This document shows, one piece after another, positions 50,527 through 63,256 of a stretch of DNA of 64,000 bases. The DNA comes from an uncultured Planctomycetota bacterium (GTDB lineage Bacteria > Planctomycetota > Planctomycetia > Isosphaerales > Isosphaeraceae), in contig CAVTTN010000002.1 in assembly GCA_963737655.1 (NCBI GenBank), positions 2,720,001-2,784,000 on the forward strand, in the 5' to 3' direction. Position numbers and translations under genes: made by a program. The notes beneath the pieces are model-generated. The model was not told the DNA's origin, made no database searches, and saw only the letters and a program-made list of their open reading frames with translations. Every line of letters begins with the position of its first letter. Position 1 is the first letter of the stretch.

Positions 50527-52738
50527 ATGGACGACTCACCGTCGGGACGCGAGGGACGGCTCGGCGGGCGAGCGATGATCGCGGCCGTCCTGATCCAGGC
50601 GGCGGCCCTGGTCGCGGCGACCTGGCCCTATGCCGAGACCCTCGCCACGCGCCTCCCCTCGCTCGGCGACCCGACGATCCATCTCTGGACGATGCGATGG
50701 TACAGGCAATGCCTCGTCTCGGGCCGATCGCCGATGCTCAGCCCCGGCGTGCAGTACCCGTTCGGCGTGAGCCTCGGGCACGTCCCGCCGATGCACCTCC
50801 AGACGATCGCGTACCTCGGCCTGTCCTCGTTCCTCGCCAATGACGTCCTGATTTATAATTTGATCTGGTTCGGATCGTTGCTGATCACCGGCCTGGGTTC
50901 GACGGTCCTGGCGTTCCACGTCTCCCGGCATCGGGCGGCGTCGGTCGTGACCGGGACGTTGGCCATGCTCTCGGGGCCGATCGTCCTCCATGCGTTCGGC
51001 CAGCTCGAACAAACCTTGCTCGGGTTCGTGGCCCTGTTCCTCGTGGCGTGGACGCGGTTCGTCGATGCGCCCGATCGCAAGAGGCTGGCGGCGGCGGTCG
51101 GGACGTACCTGCTCTCGGCGATGAGCGCACCGTATTTCGGAGTGCTGGCGGCGTTTCCGGCGGTGTTATACGTCGTGTGGCGAGCGATCGGGGCGGGCCG
51201 GGCGGGAATCGGCGGATGGCTGAGGTCGCGGCTGGGTCCGTTCTCGGCGTTTTGCGGGCTGGTCGTGCCGGCGATGGCGATCCTGTTCTTGCCGCAGGCC
51301 TGGGCGGCGAGGTCGGGCGGGATGGTCCGGGCCCGATCGGAGTTCGACGCCTGGGTGCGCGCCTCCGTGGAGCTATTTCTTCCCGACGAACTGGCATCGG
51401 CTCTCGCCGTTGTGGCCGTTCGACCTGTACGCGGCGACCGGCGTCCAGCCGACTCAGGTGGAGCGCGCCTCGTATCTCGGGATCGTCACCCTCGGCTTGC
51501 TCTTCCTGGCCGCGATGCTCGCGCCGAAGGCCGTGAAGTCGCGCCAGGGCTTCTGGTGGGCGGCCCTGGCGATGCTGGCGGTCCTCTCGCTCGGGTCGTT
51601 CGGCTGGATCGGCCCGAAGCGGGTGGAGCTGCCGTCGGGATGGCTCTGGAAGGTGTTCCCGCCGTTCCGACTGCTGAGAGTTCCCGCGAGGTTCAACCTG
51701 TTCGTGGCGGTCGTCGCGGCCGGGCCGGCGGCGGTCGGTTTGCGGGAAGCCCTGGCGAGGGTCGATCGGCGGGCGTTGCGGCCGTTGCTGCTCGCGGGAG
51801 TGCTCGCCCTGGGCGTCCTGGACCTCTCGATCTCCGGCTTCCCGAGCGCCCCTCTGCCGCCGATGCCGACGGTTTACGGGACGATCCTCCGCGATCATCC
51901 CAACGCCTCGTTCGTCGAGATCCCCAGCTTCCCCTCGGGCTCGAACGCCTGCGCCGTGAGGGGCTACTGGCAATCGATCCACGGCGGCAAGACCACGAGC
52001 GGCTCTTCGGCCCATCCCAACATCGAATTCGATTCGCAGGTCGTCTACGCCTCGCCGTTCGGATTCCCCACGATCGTGGATCCGCTCTATCTCCAGGCCC
52101 CGAGATCGACGATCGACCTGGCCGACGACGCGGATTTCCTCGACGTCGCCTGGCTGTTCCTGACGGCCCGCCAGCTCGATTACGCGATCGTCCACCGGGG
52201 CGGAGGGTCGTCTCCGATGGTGCCCGAGGTCGTCCTCGACCGGATCCGGGCGAGGCTCTCGCCGGCGCTCGTGGTCGATGACGGGCTCGCGTCGGTTTAT
52301 TCACGAGAGAAGATCCCGGCGCCGAAACGGCCGGTCGCGATGGCCGAGGACGGCTGGCGGTTGTCGTGGCGAGGCCGGTTCGACCGCGTGATGAGGCGGT
52401 CGGCCGGGCTCGTGGCGTTCGTCCCCGAGGGGACCGGACCGGTCCGCGTCCGAATTGAGGCGATGGCGCTCCGTCGCGATCGAAACATCCGGTTGATGGA
52501 CGGTCCTCGGGAAATCGCGCGGTGGACGGTCCGGCCCGGCGCCTTCTCGTCCCAGGAATCGCCGCCCCTGATCCTGCCGGCGGGCCTGGTCCGGCTCCGC
52601 CTCGAAGCCGACGGCGAGGACCGGCCGAGCAACCGCATCGAGGCCGCCACGCAGTGGGACCGCGAGCCGTACAGCATGCATGTGAACACGTTTGCGATCG
52701 TCCCCGAGGGCGGGGCCGCGAAGCTCGCCCGGAAATAA
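50527..52738 (+). CDS. Polytopic membrane protein, YfhO/GT-C-like, frameshift near 51350-51410
   Basis: DP..HLW.M.W; YPFG; ERASYLG; LRVPARF; YWQSIH; C-terminal beta-rich domain; paralogue of the next gene. Confidence 0.75.
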
Positions 52739-52754
52739 CATCGGAGGGCCGAGG

Positions 52755-54989
52755 ATGGCCGTCGCGATCGAGAACGAGCCGGCTCGGCTGGGGTGGAAAA
52801 CGGTCGTCGTCGCGACGCTGTTCTACTCGGCGTGCGTCGCCGTGGCGACGTTCCCGGTCGTCGCCAACTTCCGCTCGGCGCTGGCCGGGTCGTTATTCGA
52901 CCCGCTTCAGCACCTCTGGATCATGAAATGGTATCGGTCGTGCTTGCTGGAGGGCCGGTCCCCGCTGATCTGCCGGGAGCTCCAGTACCCGATCGGCGCC
53001 CCGATCGGCAACTTCTCGCCGTTGCATTTCCAGGCGATGCTGTTCCTGGCGCTTTCGACGGTCATCCGCGATGACGTCACCCTGTTCAACACGATCTGGC
53101 TGTTCGGGATGGTCACGACCGGCCTGGGGACGATGGTCCTGGCGTTCGGCGCGGTCCGCGACCGGGCGTGCTCGGTGTTCGCCGGGATGCTCGCGATGCT
53201 CTCGGCGCCGATGATGCTCCACGGCCGGGCCCACCTCGAATTGATCCATCTCGGGTGTTTCCCGCTGTTCCTGGCGGGCTGGATGCGGTTCGTGGACCGC
53301 CCGTCTCGCGGCCGATTGGCCTCGGCGATCGGGCTCTATCTGCTCGCCACCCTCTGCGCGGCGTATTACGCCGTGTTCGCGGCGATCCCGGCGAGCCTGT
53401 ACGTCGTCTGGAAGTCGCGGGAGGACGAACGCGGGCTGTGGCGGGGGTTGGCCTCGCGGATGAAGTGGCTGGCGGCGTTCGCCGGGGTCGTCGTGCCGGT
53501 GATGGTCGGGTTGTTCTGGACGCAAATCTGGTCGATCGCCCGGGGCTTCTCCTCGTCGCGGTCGATCGCCGAGTTCGACGCCTACAGCGCCCCTCCGTGG
53601 ACGTTCTTCACGCCGACCTCGGCGCATCGGGTCTCGTCGCTCCTGCCGGCCGACCTCTACCACGCGGCCGGTTACTCGCAGACCGTGGGCGAGCGGGCGT
53701 CTTATCTCGGGATCGTCACGATCGCCCTGGCGATCTACGCGGCGAGGACCCGGGCGACGTTCCGCAGGTCGGGCTTCCTGTGGGCCACGTTGGCCGTGAT
53801 GGTGATCCTGGCCTGGGGCGGCGTGTTCCGCGTCGGCGACGCGGAGATCCTGATGCCCGCCGGGATCATGAAACGATATTTCCCGCTGTTCTCGATGATC
53901 CGCGTCCCCTCGCGGTTCAACCTGTTCGTGGCGGTGGTGGCAGCGGTGATCGCGGCGGCCGGATTGAAGCGATTGCTGGGACGAATCCCCGGCCGGGGGC
54001 TTCGGGGCGTCGCGTTCGCCTCGCTGGCCCTCGCGGCGATGGCCGACCTCCACACCGGCAAGTTCGACGGCGCCCCGATCCCCGCCATGCCCGTCTGCTA
54101 CGGCGAGATCCTCCGCAGGGACCCGCACGCCACGTTCCTCGAGCTGCCGCAATACGGCCATGGAGGCGATTATCTCTCCTCCGTGGCCGGCTACTGGCAG
54201 TCGATCCATCGGGCCCGCACCAGCGCCGGCTATAGCGGGAGCGTGAACCTGAAATATGACGATCGCGCGATCGGCGACACCCCGTTCCGCGACGAGGTCC
54301 TGCGCGACCCGGACTCGGCGTCCGGGCGAACGCGGATCGGGATCGTCGAGGACGTGACGGACCTCGAATATACGTATCTCTACCTCGCCGCCAACGATTA
54401 TCGCTACGTGATCCTGCATCGATGGGAAGGGTCGTCGAACACGCCCAGGGCGCTGCTCGACCGGATCGCCGCGAGGCTCGCGCCGGGGAAGGTCTTCGAG
54501 GATTCGGCGACGCTCGTCTTCGATCGCGAGAAGCTGCCCAGGCCCGGGCGCGCGGCGGCGATCACGGCCGACGGCTGGCGTCCGGCGTGGGCCGACGGGC
54601 CGATCCGGGCCGTGGGGCGATCGGGGCGGATCGTCGTGTACAACCCCGACGCGACGAAGCCCGTCGAGATCGCGCTCGATGCCTCGGCGGCGCCCAACGG
54701 GAGGCCCCGCGAGGTGCGGCTCCTCGACGGAGGTCGGGAGCTCGCAAGGTGGACCGTCGCGCCGGGCCGCCGGATGAAGCGGCTGGTGACGCCCCCTCTG
54801 AACCTCCCCGAAGGGCTCACCGACCTGTTCCTCGAAAGCGACGCCGAGGCCCGCCCGAGGAGGCCGGAAGAGAACGCCTCGAAGGAGGACGCCCGGCCGT
54901 TCAGCCTCCGGGTGGCGACGGTGAAGGTCGAGGCCGCTCCCGGGACGCTCGCCGGCCGACCGGGGCCGGGTTCGTCGCGGACGAGGTAG
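52755..54989 (+). CDS. Polytopic membrane protein, YfhO/GT-C-like (tandem paralogue)
   Basis: DPLQHLWIMKW; YPIG; ERASYLG; IRVPSRF; YWQSIH..GYSG. Confidence 0.8.
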   Translation: MAVAIENEPARLGWKTVVVATLFYSACVAVATFPVVANFRSALAGSLFDPLQHLWIMKWYRSCLLEGRSPLICRELQYPIGAPIGNFSPLHFQAMLFLALSTVIRDDVTLFNTIWLFGMVTTGLGTMVLAFGAVRDRACSVFAGMLAMLSAPMMLHGRAHLELIHLGCFPLFLAGWMRFVDRPSRGRLASAIGLYLLATLCAAYYAVFAAIPASLYVVWKSREDERGLWRGLASRMKWLAAFAGVVVPVMVGLFWTQIWSIARGFSSSRSIAEFDAYSAPPWTFFTPTSAHRVSSLLPADLYHAAGYSQTVGERASYLGIVTIALAIYAARTRATFRRSGFLWATLAVMVILAWGGVFRVGDAEILMPAGIMKRYFPLFSMIRVPSRFNLFVAVVAAVIAAAGLKRLLGRIPGRGLRGVAFASLALAAMADLHTGKFDGAPIPAMPVCYGEILRRDPHATFLELPQYGHGGDYLSSVAGYWQSIHRARTSAGYSGSVNLKYDDRAIGDTPFRDEVLRDPDSASGRTRIGIVEDVTDLEYTYLYLAANDYRYVILHRWEGSSNTPRALLDRIAARLAPGKVFEDSATLVFDREKLPRPGRAAAITADGWRPAWADGPIRAVGRSGRIVVYNPDATKPVEIALDASAAPNGRPREVRLLDGGRELARWTVAPGRRMKRLVTPPLNLPEGLTDLFLESDAEARPRRPEENASKEDARPFSLRVATVKVEAAPGTLAGRPGPGSSRTR

Positions 54990-55003
54990 AAGTCCCTCAG
55001 ACC

Positions 55004-55096
55004 CGGGTGGCATGCTCACGTCCTCGTGAGCATGTCTTCCGGCTCGGACACGACGGATCGGAAGACATGCTCACGAAGACGTGAGCATGCCACCCG
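55004..55096. repeat. REP-like doublet, family C
   Basis: cgggtggcatgctcacgtcctcgtgagcatgtctt ... aagacatgctcacgaagacgtgagcatgccacccg between convergent genes. Confidence 0.85.
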
Positions 55097-55137
55097 ATTT
55101 CACGAGGCACGGGCCTCGGCGGATCAAACGGGATCGG

Positions 55138-56846
55138 TCACTGGCCGATCTTGCCCTGCATGCCCTGGAGCATCGGGACGAGGCCCTTCTCGATCACCGG
55201 GCCGACGGGGCTGGGGATGATGAAGGTGAAGTCGTAGCCCTTCGGCGAGGCGACCAGGGCGCCTCCGAAGAGGGCCGGGGCCTTGGGCATGTCGGCCGGG
55301 AGCGTGGCCGGCGAGCCGGTCATGGCGCCGACCTGGGTGCCGACCTGCTTGACCAGCCCCTGGGCGCTGACGAGGAAAATCGCCGAGGCCTTCTTGGGCA
55401 GGCTCTTGCGCAGGGCCTGGAACCCGGCCGAGGCGCCGATGGCGTTGGTGCCCGAGAGCACGGCGTCGATCTGGGCCTTGGCGGCGTCGAAGTCCTTCGC
55501 CGTCACGGTGATCAGCGTCTTGCCGTCGGTGCCGACGAAGCTGGTCACGCTGTCGCCGCCGAGCATCTTCTTCATGGCGTCCACGCCGCCGGGCATGGCC
55601 GGGGTCACCATCTTCTCCAGGTCGAAGGTCATCTTGGCCCGGGCGAAGCTGAATCCCTTGTAGGTCTCGGCCTTGGGCTCGACGGAAACGTCCTTGATGA
55701 ACCCTCCGCCGGCCTTCATGGACTTCAGCGCGTCGATCCCGGCGGCCAGGGCCTTCTGCGGGTCCTTGGGGACGGTCAGGGTCAGGTTGGAGGTCTGGCC
55801 GGTGGAGACGGTGTACATCTCATCGCCGCCGGCCTCGCGGGCGGCGGCCATCGCCTTCTCCAGCTCGGCCGAGGGCTTGCCTCCGGCCACGATCGACATC
55901 CCGAGCTTCTGGAAGCCGGCCAGGGCCTCGGGCGAGAGGTCCATGTAGGCGTAGGTCGTGCCGTCGGCCGGGAGCTTTTCCAGGAGCTCGCCGGTGCCGG
56001 TCCGGGCCGAGGCCAGCCTCTTGGCCGTGGCCGAGCCGGGCTTGACGGTCGCCCCGCCCGAGACGGTCAGGGCCCCGGGGGCGAACTCGAAGCTCAGGGC
56101 CAGCGAGTCCCCTTCCTTGATCGCGTCGAACATCTTGCCGTACAGGCCCTTGATCGCGTCCATCATCCCGCCGCCCATCTGCGCCCGACCTGGTCCATCG
56201 CGGCGAGGAACTGCTCCTTCATCGCGGCGATCTGGTCGCCGTACTGGTCCTGGACGGCCGCGATGCTCACGTACACGCCCAGGTCGCCGGAGAACAGCTT
56301 CGCCTTGATCTCGGTCGAGAGCTTCTCGTCGAGCGAGGCCGACGGCTTGATCATCGCCTTGATGATCCCCTCGTCCATGCCGACGGCGACGAACCCGCTG
56401 CCCTTCAGCGAGTAGAACGGCTGGCCGCCGGGGCCGTCGAACGAATCGTACCCGCCCAGCGACTTCGGCTTGAGGTCCGGCTTCTGCGCGATCCCCTTGA
56501 GCAGGCCGAGATAGTCGGTCGATCGGATCAGGACCGCGAAGGCCGGCGCCTCGCCGGGCTTCGGCAGCTTCATCACGGCGAGGACCGGGTTGGAAACGAT
56601 CTCCTTGCCGTGATTGGTCGTCAGGGCGTTCAGGCCCGCTTCCATCTGCGGCCCGGCCATCGCCGCCGCGTTGCCGCTCATCTTCTGGAGCATGCCGAGC
56701 AGGTCGTCCCGGACGGTCTCCAGCGCCTTGGCATGGACGACCACCTGGACATCCGCCGGGACCGACTTCAGCCAGGCGGCCTCCGCCGAGGCGGGCGCCT
56801 GCCCCATGGCCGTCGCCAAACAAAGCGACACGAAGCAAGACAGCAT
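55138..56846 (-). CDS. Secreted hypothetical protein (about 570 aa), frameshift near 56180
   Basis: Signal peptide MLSCFVSLCLATAMG; two internal repeats (KSVPAD / EKLPAD); coding frame continues in the 55138 ORF. Confidence 0.8.
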
Positions 56847-57261
56847 CGAAAATCCTCCCCAGACCCCGTTCCGGACCGAAGCCGCGGCCGGAGCACGATC
56901 GCCGGCCCCGCGGTCGGGAAGGCGCCAAGGCTAACCGACGGGCCCTTCCGACCGCAAGCGGTGGGCCGTGGGGCCAGGGCCGTTTCCCCCTCCGGGGCTC
57001 GGCCGGAACCGTCCCGCGAGGCACGGGTTCCGACGTCGAAACCCTTGGGCGGTCCCTCGGGGCTTCCGACGCCGGACCCCGTGCCTCGCGGGACGCTTCC
57101 GAAGGAATCTCCGGCCGCGACCCGGCCCCGGTCATGCTCGCTGGACGACCGGGAACAATGGGCGATCTGCGTCGATTTTCGGGTTCGGAACTGAGAAATG
57201 CATTTTCATGCAAATCGGCAGGTCTTGGAAAAATCAAATGCCTGCAATCGTCAATCGGAGG

Positions 57262-57342
57262 GAAGTTGACTACACTTTTTGTCCGATTTGCGCGAAAAGG
57301 CCGGTAATCAGGCTGGATTCGCGTGCGCAGTCACTCGTGCGC
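57262..57342. promoter_or_regulatory. Bipartite conserved intergenic motif, copy 2
   Basis: GAAGTTGACTACACTTTT and GCGTGCGCAGTCACTCGTGCGC; matches 19359-19440. Confidence 0.5.
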
Positions 57343-57755
57343 GAGCAGGAGTCCTCACGTCGGCAATGTTTTGATTGAAAATTGCAACACCCCTCCTGCT
57401 CAGGGGATGCGGCGAGTCGTCCTGCGCCCCTTTTGGGGGCGATCGGGCCAAAATCCCCGGACACTTCGGGCGCCGAAGATTCATCCACGATTTCACAATC
57501 GATTGCGTGAATTTTTGAGGATTCGGATCATGGGACCGTCGCGGCCGACGGATTGGGTGATCGTCGGGGGCCTCGGTCGCGATGATCCCGGAACAGGGCT
57601 GGGCGTCGGAGCCTCCTCGGGGGCTCGGCCCGGCCCCTCGCGGTTTTCCCGGATCGATCGAGTGCGAGGCCCCTGGCCGTGGACCCATGATCATGAGCGT
57701 CGTTGATGCCCGAAACGCCCCGCCTTTCCCCGCCCGGCCCGAGGCCCGGGGCGTC

Positions 57756-58788
<1,033 letters not shown>

Positions 58789-59012
58789 GAGGGCGGGTTC
58801 CGGGGGGATTGGATCGGTTGCAAGGGACGGTCATTGTAGGGCAGAGCAGGCGAGACCGGGAGAGGCGGGCGGTCCGAGGCGCCGGACGGTTCCGGGTCTC
58901 AAGGCGGGTCGCGAGCGCCTCCGATAAGACGGGAGACGAGACCCCCGAGCGACCCGGCCCAGCGGCCGGACGCCGTCGAGTCGAGGGCCTTCGGGACGAG
59001 AAAGGGATCGCG

Positions 59013-60169
59013 ATGGACCGTTTGCCCCCCCGGACCGGGTCCGAAGACGCCTTGTTGCCCAGCCGGAGCCGGGCCCTGGACCTCTGCCGGACGGCCCTGC
59101 CGAACGGCCCGGTCCTGCTGACCGGCGCCCGGGCTCGGGCAAGACGCGGATCGCCCGGGCCCTGGCCGAGTCCGGGCCGTGGGACCCCCTGGCGATCGAC
59201 GCCGCCCCGGGGATGGGCTCGGAGGAATTCCTCGCCGCCCTGTTGCTGGGCCTGGGGATCGGCCTGGACGAGCTCCCGAGGTCGGCCGTGGCGGCCCGGA
59301 GGATCCTCGGTTCGGCCCTGGCCGAACGTTCGGCCGACGGCCCGGGGGTCGTCCTGATCCTGGATGAGGCCCACCTCGCCCCGGCCGAGATGCTGGAGGA
59401 GGTCCGGCTCCTGTCCAATGGCCTGGGACGGCCCGACGGCTTCGCGGCGATCCTGGTCCTCGGCCAGACCGGCCTGGCCACGCGGATCGAGTCGCGGGCG
59501 CTCGCCCCTCTCGGCTCCCGGATCGCGGCGAGGCTCCATCTCCGGCCGCTCGATGCCGACGAGGCCCGCGATCTCCTGGCGACGGCCCGGCCCGGCCGGG
59601 ACTGGTCGCGAGCCGAGGCCGATTCGCTCCAGATGGCCAGCCGGGGCAACGCCCGAGGGCTGCTCCTCCGGGCCGATTCCGCCTCCGGGCCAGTTCGCGG
59701 GCCGGTCTCGGCGTTGCCGGCCTCGACCCCGACCCCGACCCCGGTCGAGGACCTCGAGGACCGCCGCCCGGCGATGGTCCCGACGAAGCCGCCCTTGCGC
59801 GTCGAGGATGGCCTGATCGAGGTCGGCTGGGATTCCGGGGCCGAGGACGAGCCCGCGCCGCCCCCGCCCCGGACTCGTCAGGTCGAAGCCCCGGCCCTGG
59901 CGATCGCCGACGAACCGGGCCCGGAGCCGATCGAGGACCATTACGCGGCCCTCCAGGCGTGGGAGGAATGGGCGAGGAACCAGGGGCGAATCCCCGAGGC
60001 CATCGCCCCGGCGTCCGAGCCGGACTGGGCCGACCCGGACGAGGAGGCGCCCGAGGCCGACGCCGATCCGACCCGAGAGGTCTGGTCCGAAGGCGAACAT
60101 CGGTTCGCCCCCTACGGCCAGCTCTTCGCCCGGCTCCGCGAGTCGAAGGATTCCCAGCAGGGTGCTTGA
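59013..60169 (+). CDS. ExeA/GspA-like AAA ATPase with frameshifts in the N-terminal part
   Basis: VLLTG[A]PGSGKT across a frameshift; ILDEAH; LVLGQ; L.SRI..LRPL; S.GN.R. Confidence 0.7.
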
Positions 60170-60701
60170 CTTGCGCCAATATTTACCTGGGACATCGACC
60201 GAAAGGCCGACCCTCGCCCGACGAGCGATCCCGGGTCGGGGCCGGCGCCTGTCATGGCTGGGAAAATCCGTCGCTTGCCTGGATCGCGCCGTCAAATCCC
60301 CCGGAATCCGCGAAAAATACATTGCGGAGAGCCGATCGGGGGAGCCGAATGAGGAAGGTAGTGGCCCGCGGTGATCCCTCACGGGATGCCCGGGGGTCGC
60401 CGCCGTTGCCGACGATGGGCAGGTGCCGCCGCGTTCCGTTCTGGTGCTCCCAGAGTCCCTTCTTTCCCGGGAAGGGCCGAAGACGGCGGTGGCCCTCGAC
60501 TCGCCTTCCCCTCGGGGATCGCGGGCCGGCGCCCCCGAAAGGGGCGGCACCTGCTCCTCCCTCCTCTCTTGTGATTCCTCTCTCCGCGCCCCCTGGCCAC
60601 GTCTTCATCTTGGCGCGAATCGGCCGGTGGGTTACAAGGAAGGCCGTCGCGGCGATTGGACGAACCGCGACGAGTCGTGCCTGGCCGAGAGTGCGCACCT
60701 C

Positions 60702-61505
60702 GTGGCTACTCAAACCTTCGCCTCGCCCAAAGTGGCCCTCGCCCCACCCGCCACCCCCCGCCTCCTGGTCTCCCTCGCCACCTTCAACGAGGCCGAGAAC
60801 CTTCGCGGGCTGGCGACGGAAATCCTCCAGTTCGCCCCTCACGCCTCGATCCTCGTGATCGACGACAACTCGCCGGACGGAACCGGGGAGATCGCCGACG
60901 CGATGAGGGCCGAGAACCCGGCGATCCACGTGATCCACCGGCCCGGCAAGCTCGGGCTGGGCACCGCCCTGCTCGCGGCGATCCGGTTCGCCATCGACCA
61001 CGGGTACGACTACCTCCTCAACATGGATGCCGACGGCAGCCATCCGCCACGATTCATCCCCGCCTTGCTGGAGGGGATGCGCGATCGCGACGTGATGATC
61101 GGCTCGCGGTACGTCCCCGGAGGGGGCGTCGAGGGGGAGTTCAACCTCAAGCGGAAATTCATGAGCACCGGGATCAATCTCTACGCCCGGATGTTCCTCG
61201 GCCTCAAGACCAAGGACAACAGCGGCTCGTTCCGCTGCTACCGGGTCGCCAAGCTCGCCCAGATCGACCCCGAGCGGGTGCGGTCCCGGGGGTACTCCTT
61301 CATGGAGGAGATCCTCTTCTGGTGCAGGCAAGTCGGCTGCTCGTTCGGGGAGACGCCGATCCTGTTCGAGAACCGCCGGGCCGGCCTGTCGAAGATCAAC
61401 AAGGCCGAGGCGGTCAAGGCCCTGCAAATCATCGCCGAGCTCGGCGTGGCCCGCGCCCTGGGCACCGTGAACAAGCCCCATTTCGGCCGGCGAAAACGCG
61501 ACTGA
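60702..61505 (+). CDS. Polyprenol monophosphomannose synthase (Ppm1/DPM1-like GT2)
   Basis: TFNEAENL; IDDNSPDGTG; GKLGLGTA; MDADGSH; GSRY; GYSF..E; F.NRRAG.SK. Confidence 0.92.
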   Translation: MATQTFASPKVALAPPATPRLLVSLATFNEAENLRGLATEILQFAPHASILVIDDNSPDGTGEIADAMRAENPAIHVIHRPGKLGLGTALLAAIRFAIDHGYDYLLNMDADGSHPPRFIPALLEGMRDRDVMIGSRYVPGGGVEGEFNLKRKFMSTGINLYARMFLGLKTKDNSGSFRCYRVAKLAQIDPERVRSRGYSFMEEILFWCRQVGCSFGETPILFENRRAGLSKINKAEAVKALQIIAELGVARALGTVNKPHFGRRKRD

Positions 61506-62848
61506 TCAGGGTTGAGGACTCGATCGACGGGCGGCCGGTCCGGACGAGGTTCTGGGCCTCGGTCGATGGGGCCGAGGTCCGTCCGTTCCAGGATCGGCGG
61601 TGACGGTGAGCACGTCGAGGATCGTCGGCGCGCGGTCCGGTTGGCGAATGTCCCGTGGCATTCGACCACCCGCTCGGCGTACTCGTCGTGGCTCCCCTTG
61701 AGGAGTCGGTGGAGCTCCCGGAGCCGATAGTGCGGGATCGCCGGGAAGAGGTGATGCGGGACGTGCATCCCCTGGCCGTGGACGAACACCGCCCATCGCG
61801 TCACCGGGTCGCAAAAAAAGACGCGAGAGTTCGTCAGCCGGCCCTCGTCGGCGTTGGTGTGCTGATAAATGTCCCTCAGCAGCATGAAAAACATGAACGA
61901 GGAGCCGATCGGGGCGATCCACAGCAGCCAGAAGTAGGCGACCGATCGGCCGTCGGTGGCCGCTCGGAGGTACGCAAGTGCCACGAGCAGAACCGTATAG
62001 AACGAGAGCCTCAGGGCCGCCGCGAACCGGGGCGAGTACGGATGGCGGAACGGCGAGACGAAAACCCATCGCTCCGGCAGCCCGAACGCCCCGGCCAGGG
62101 CCACACCCAGGCCGATGCCCGCCCAGGGCAGGATCCCGTCGGTCCGGCCCGCCGCGAAGAGCCGCCAGAACACGGCGTTCAGGGCGAGCAAATACCCGAT
62201 CGCCAGGAACGTCCCGACCCGGGGCAGCCGGGAATCGGCGTCCCCGCCGGGCGTCTGCCTCATGTAGACGTTGCCTCCCTTGCCGAACGTGTTCACCGAC
62301 AGGTATTCGGCCTGGTATCGGAGGAACGAGATCGGCCGGAGCAGGACCCGGAAATAGACCGTCAGGACGGTCCTCAGCCGGGGCATCGGGAAATCCTGCA
62401 ACCTCTTGCCGGGCCCGAGGTTGAGGATATCCGGGTCGCGGTGGCTGTCATTCGTGAACTGATGATGGGCGAGGTGGAAGATGCGGTAAAAATGCGTCGT
62501 GGAGAAGATGGGGTACATGCAGAGGAGATCGCCGACCAGGTCGTTCGCGATCCGGTCCCTCATCAGGCTGAAATGGCTCGCTTCATGGCCGAGCCCGGCC
62601 AGGCGATGCTGGAGGCCGCCGATCACCGCGATCGCGAGGGCGAAAACCGGCACGTTCCAGCCCCACGAGACCCCCCAAATCGCCCGATTTTCCGCGAACA
62701 GGACCGCCCCGGCGATCGTGACCGCCAGGCAGAACCAGTCCAGGGCGAGATAGCCGAGGTTCGTGACGTTGTCCGGCCTCCTCAGCCGGTTCAACTCGCG
62801 GACCAGCCGAGGATCGTCGAATCGAGGACCGGGGGGCTTCGAGGACAT
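61506..62848 (-). CDS. Membrane fatty acid desaturase family protein, probable frameshift near 61630
   Basis: His boxes HEASH, HLAHH, HVPHH; YQH; P.IPHY.L..LH. Confidence 0.88.
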
Positions 62849-63256
62849 TGCGGAGAGGCCTCAACGCCATCGTGAGTGGGGGGCCAGGGAAAAGGGGTGG
62901 CCGGTTGCGCGGCGAGGACGCGTTCCTCATTCCGATCCGCGGAATCGGCGTTTTCTTTTCCCTGGATCGTTCGCTCGACCCGTTCGTATCGGGACGTTTG
63001 ACGTCCTTCCATTCGACGCCCCGGGGCCGGTCGCCTGAAGAATTCCGCCGAGACGGGCGATCGAAGGGGCTCGCCTTCCTCGATAAGATAAATTGTCGCC
63101 TCGACTCGGGGACGAGTCCGGGGCCTTTCGACCGCACCGAGGGCTGAAGGAGGCGGGAGGCGAGCCGGGCGGTCCGGTTCCTCCGGGGTGGGCGATTATG
63201 CTATCCTGGACCGGAACGACCGCCGGGCAGACGTCACCGATCGAGATCCCGTGCCG

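Noticed and set aside
62850..63256. CIRCE element upstream of dnaJ
   Set aside because: No TTAGCACTC-N9-GAGTGCTAA match was seen
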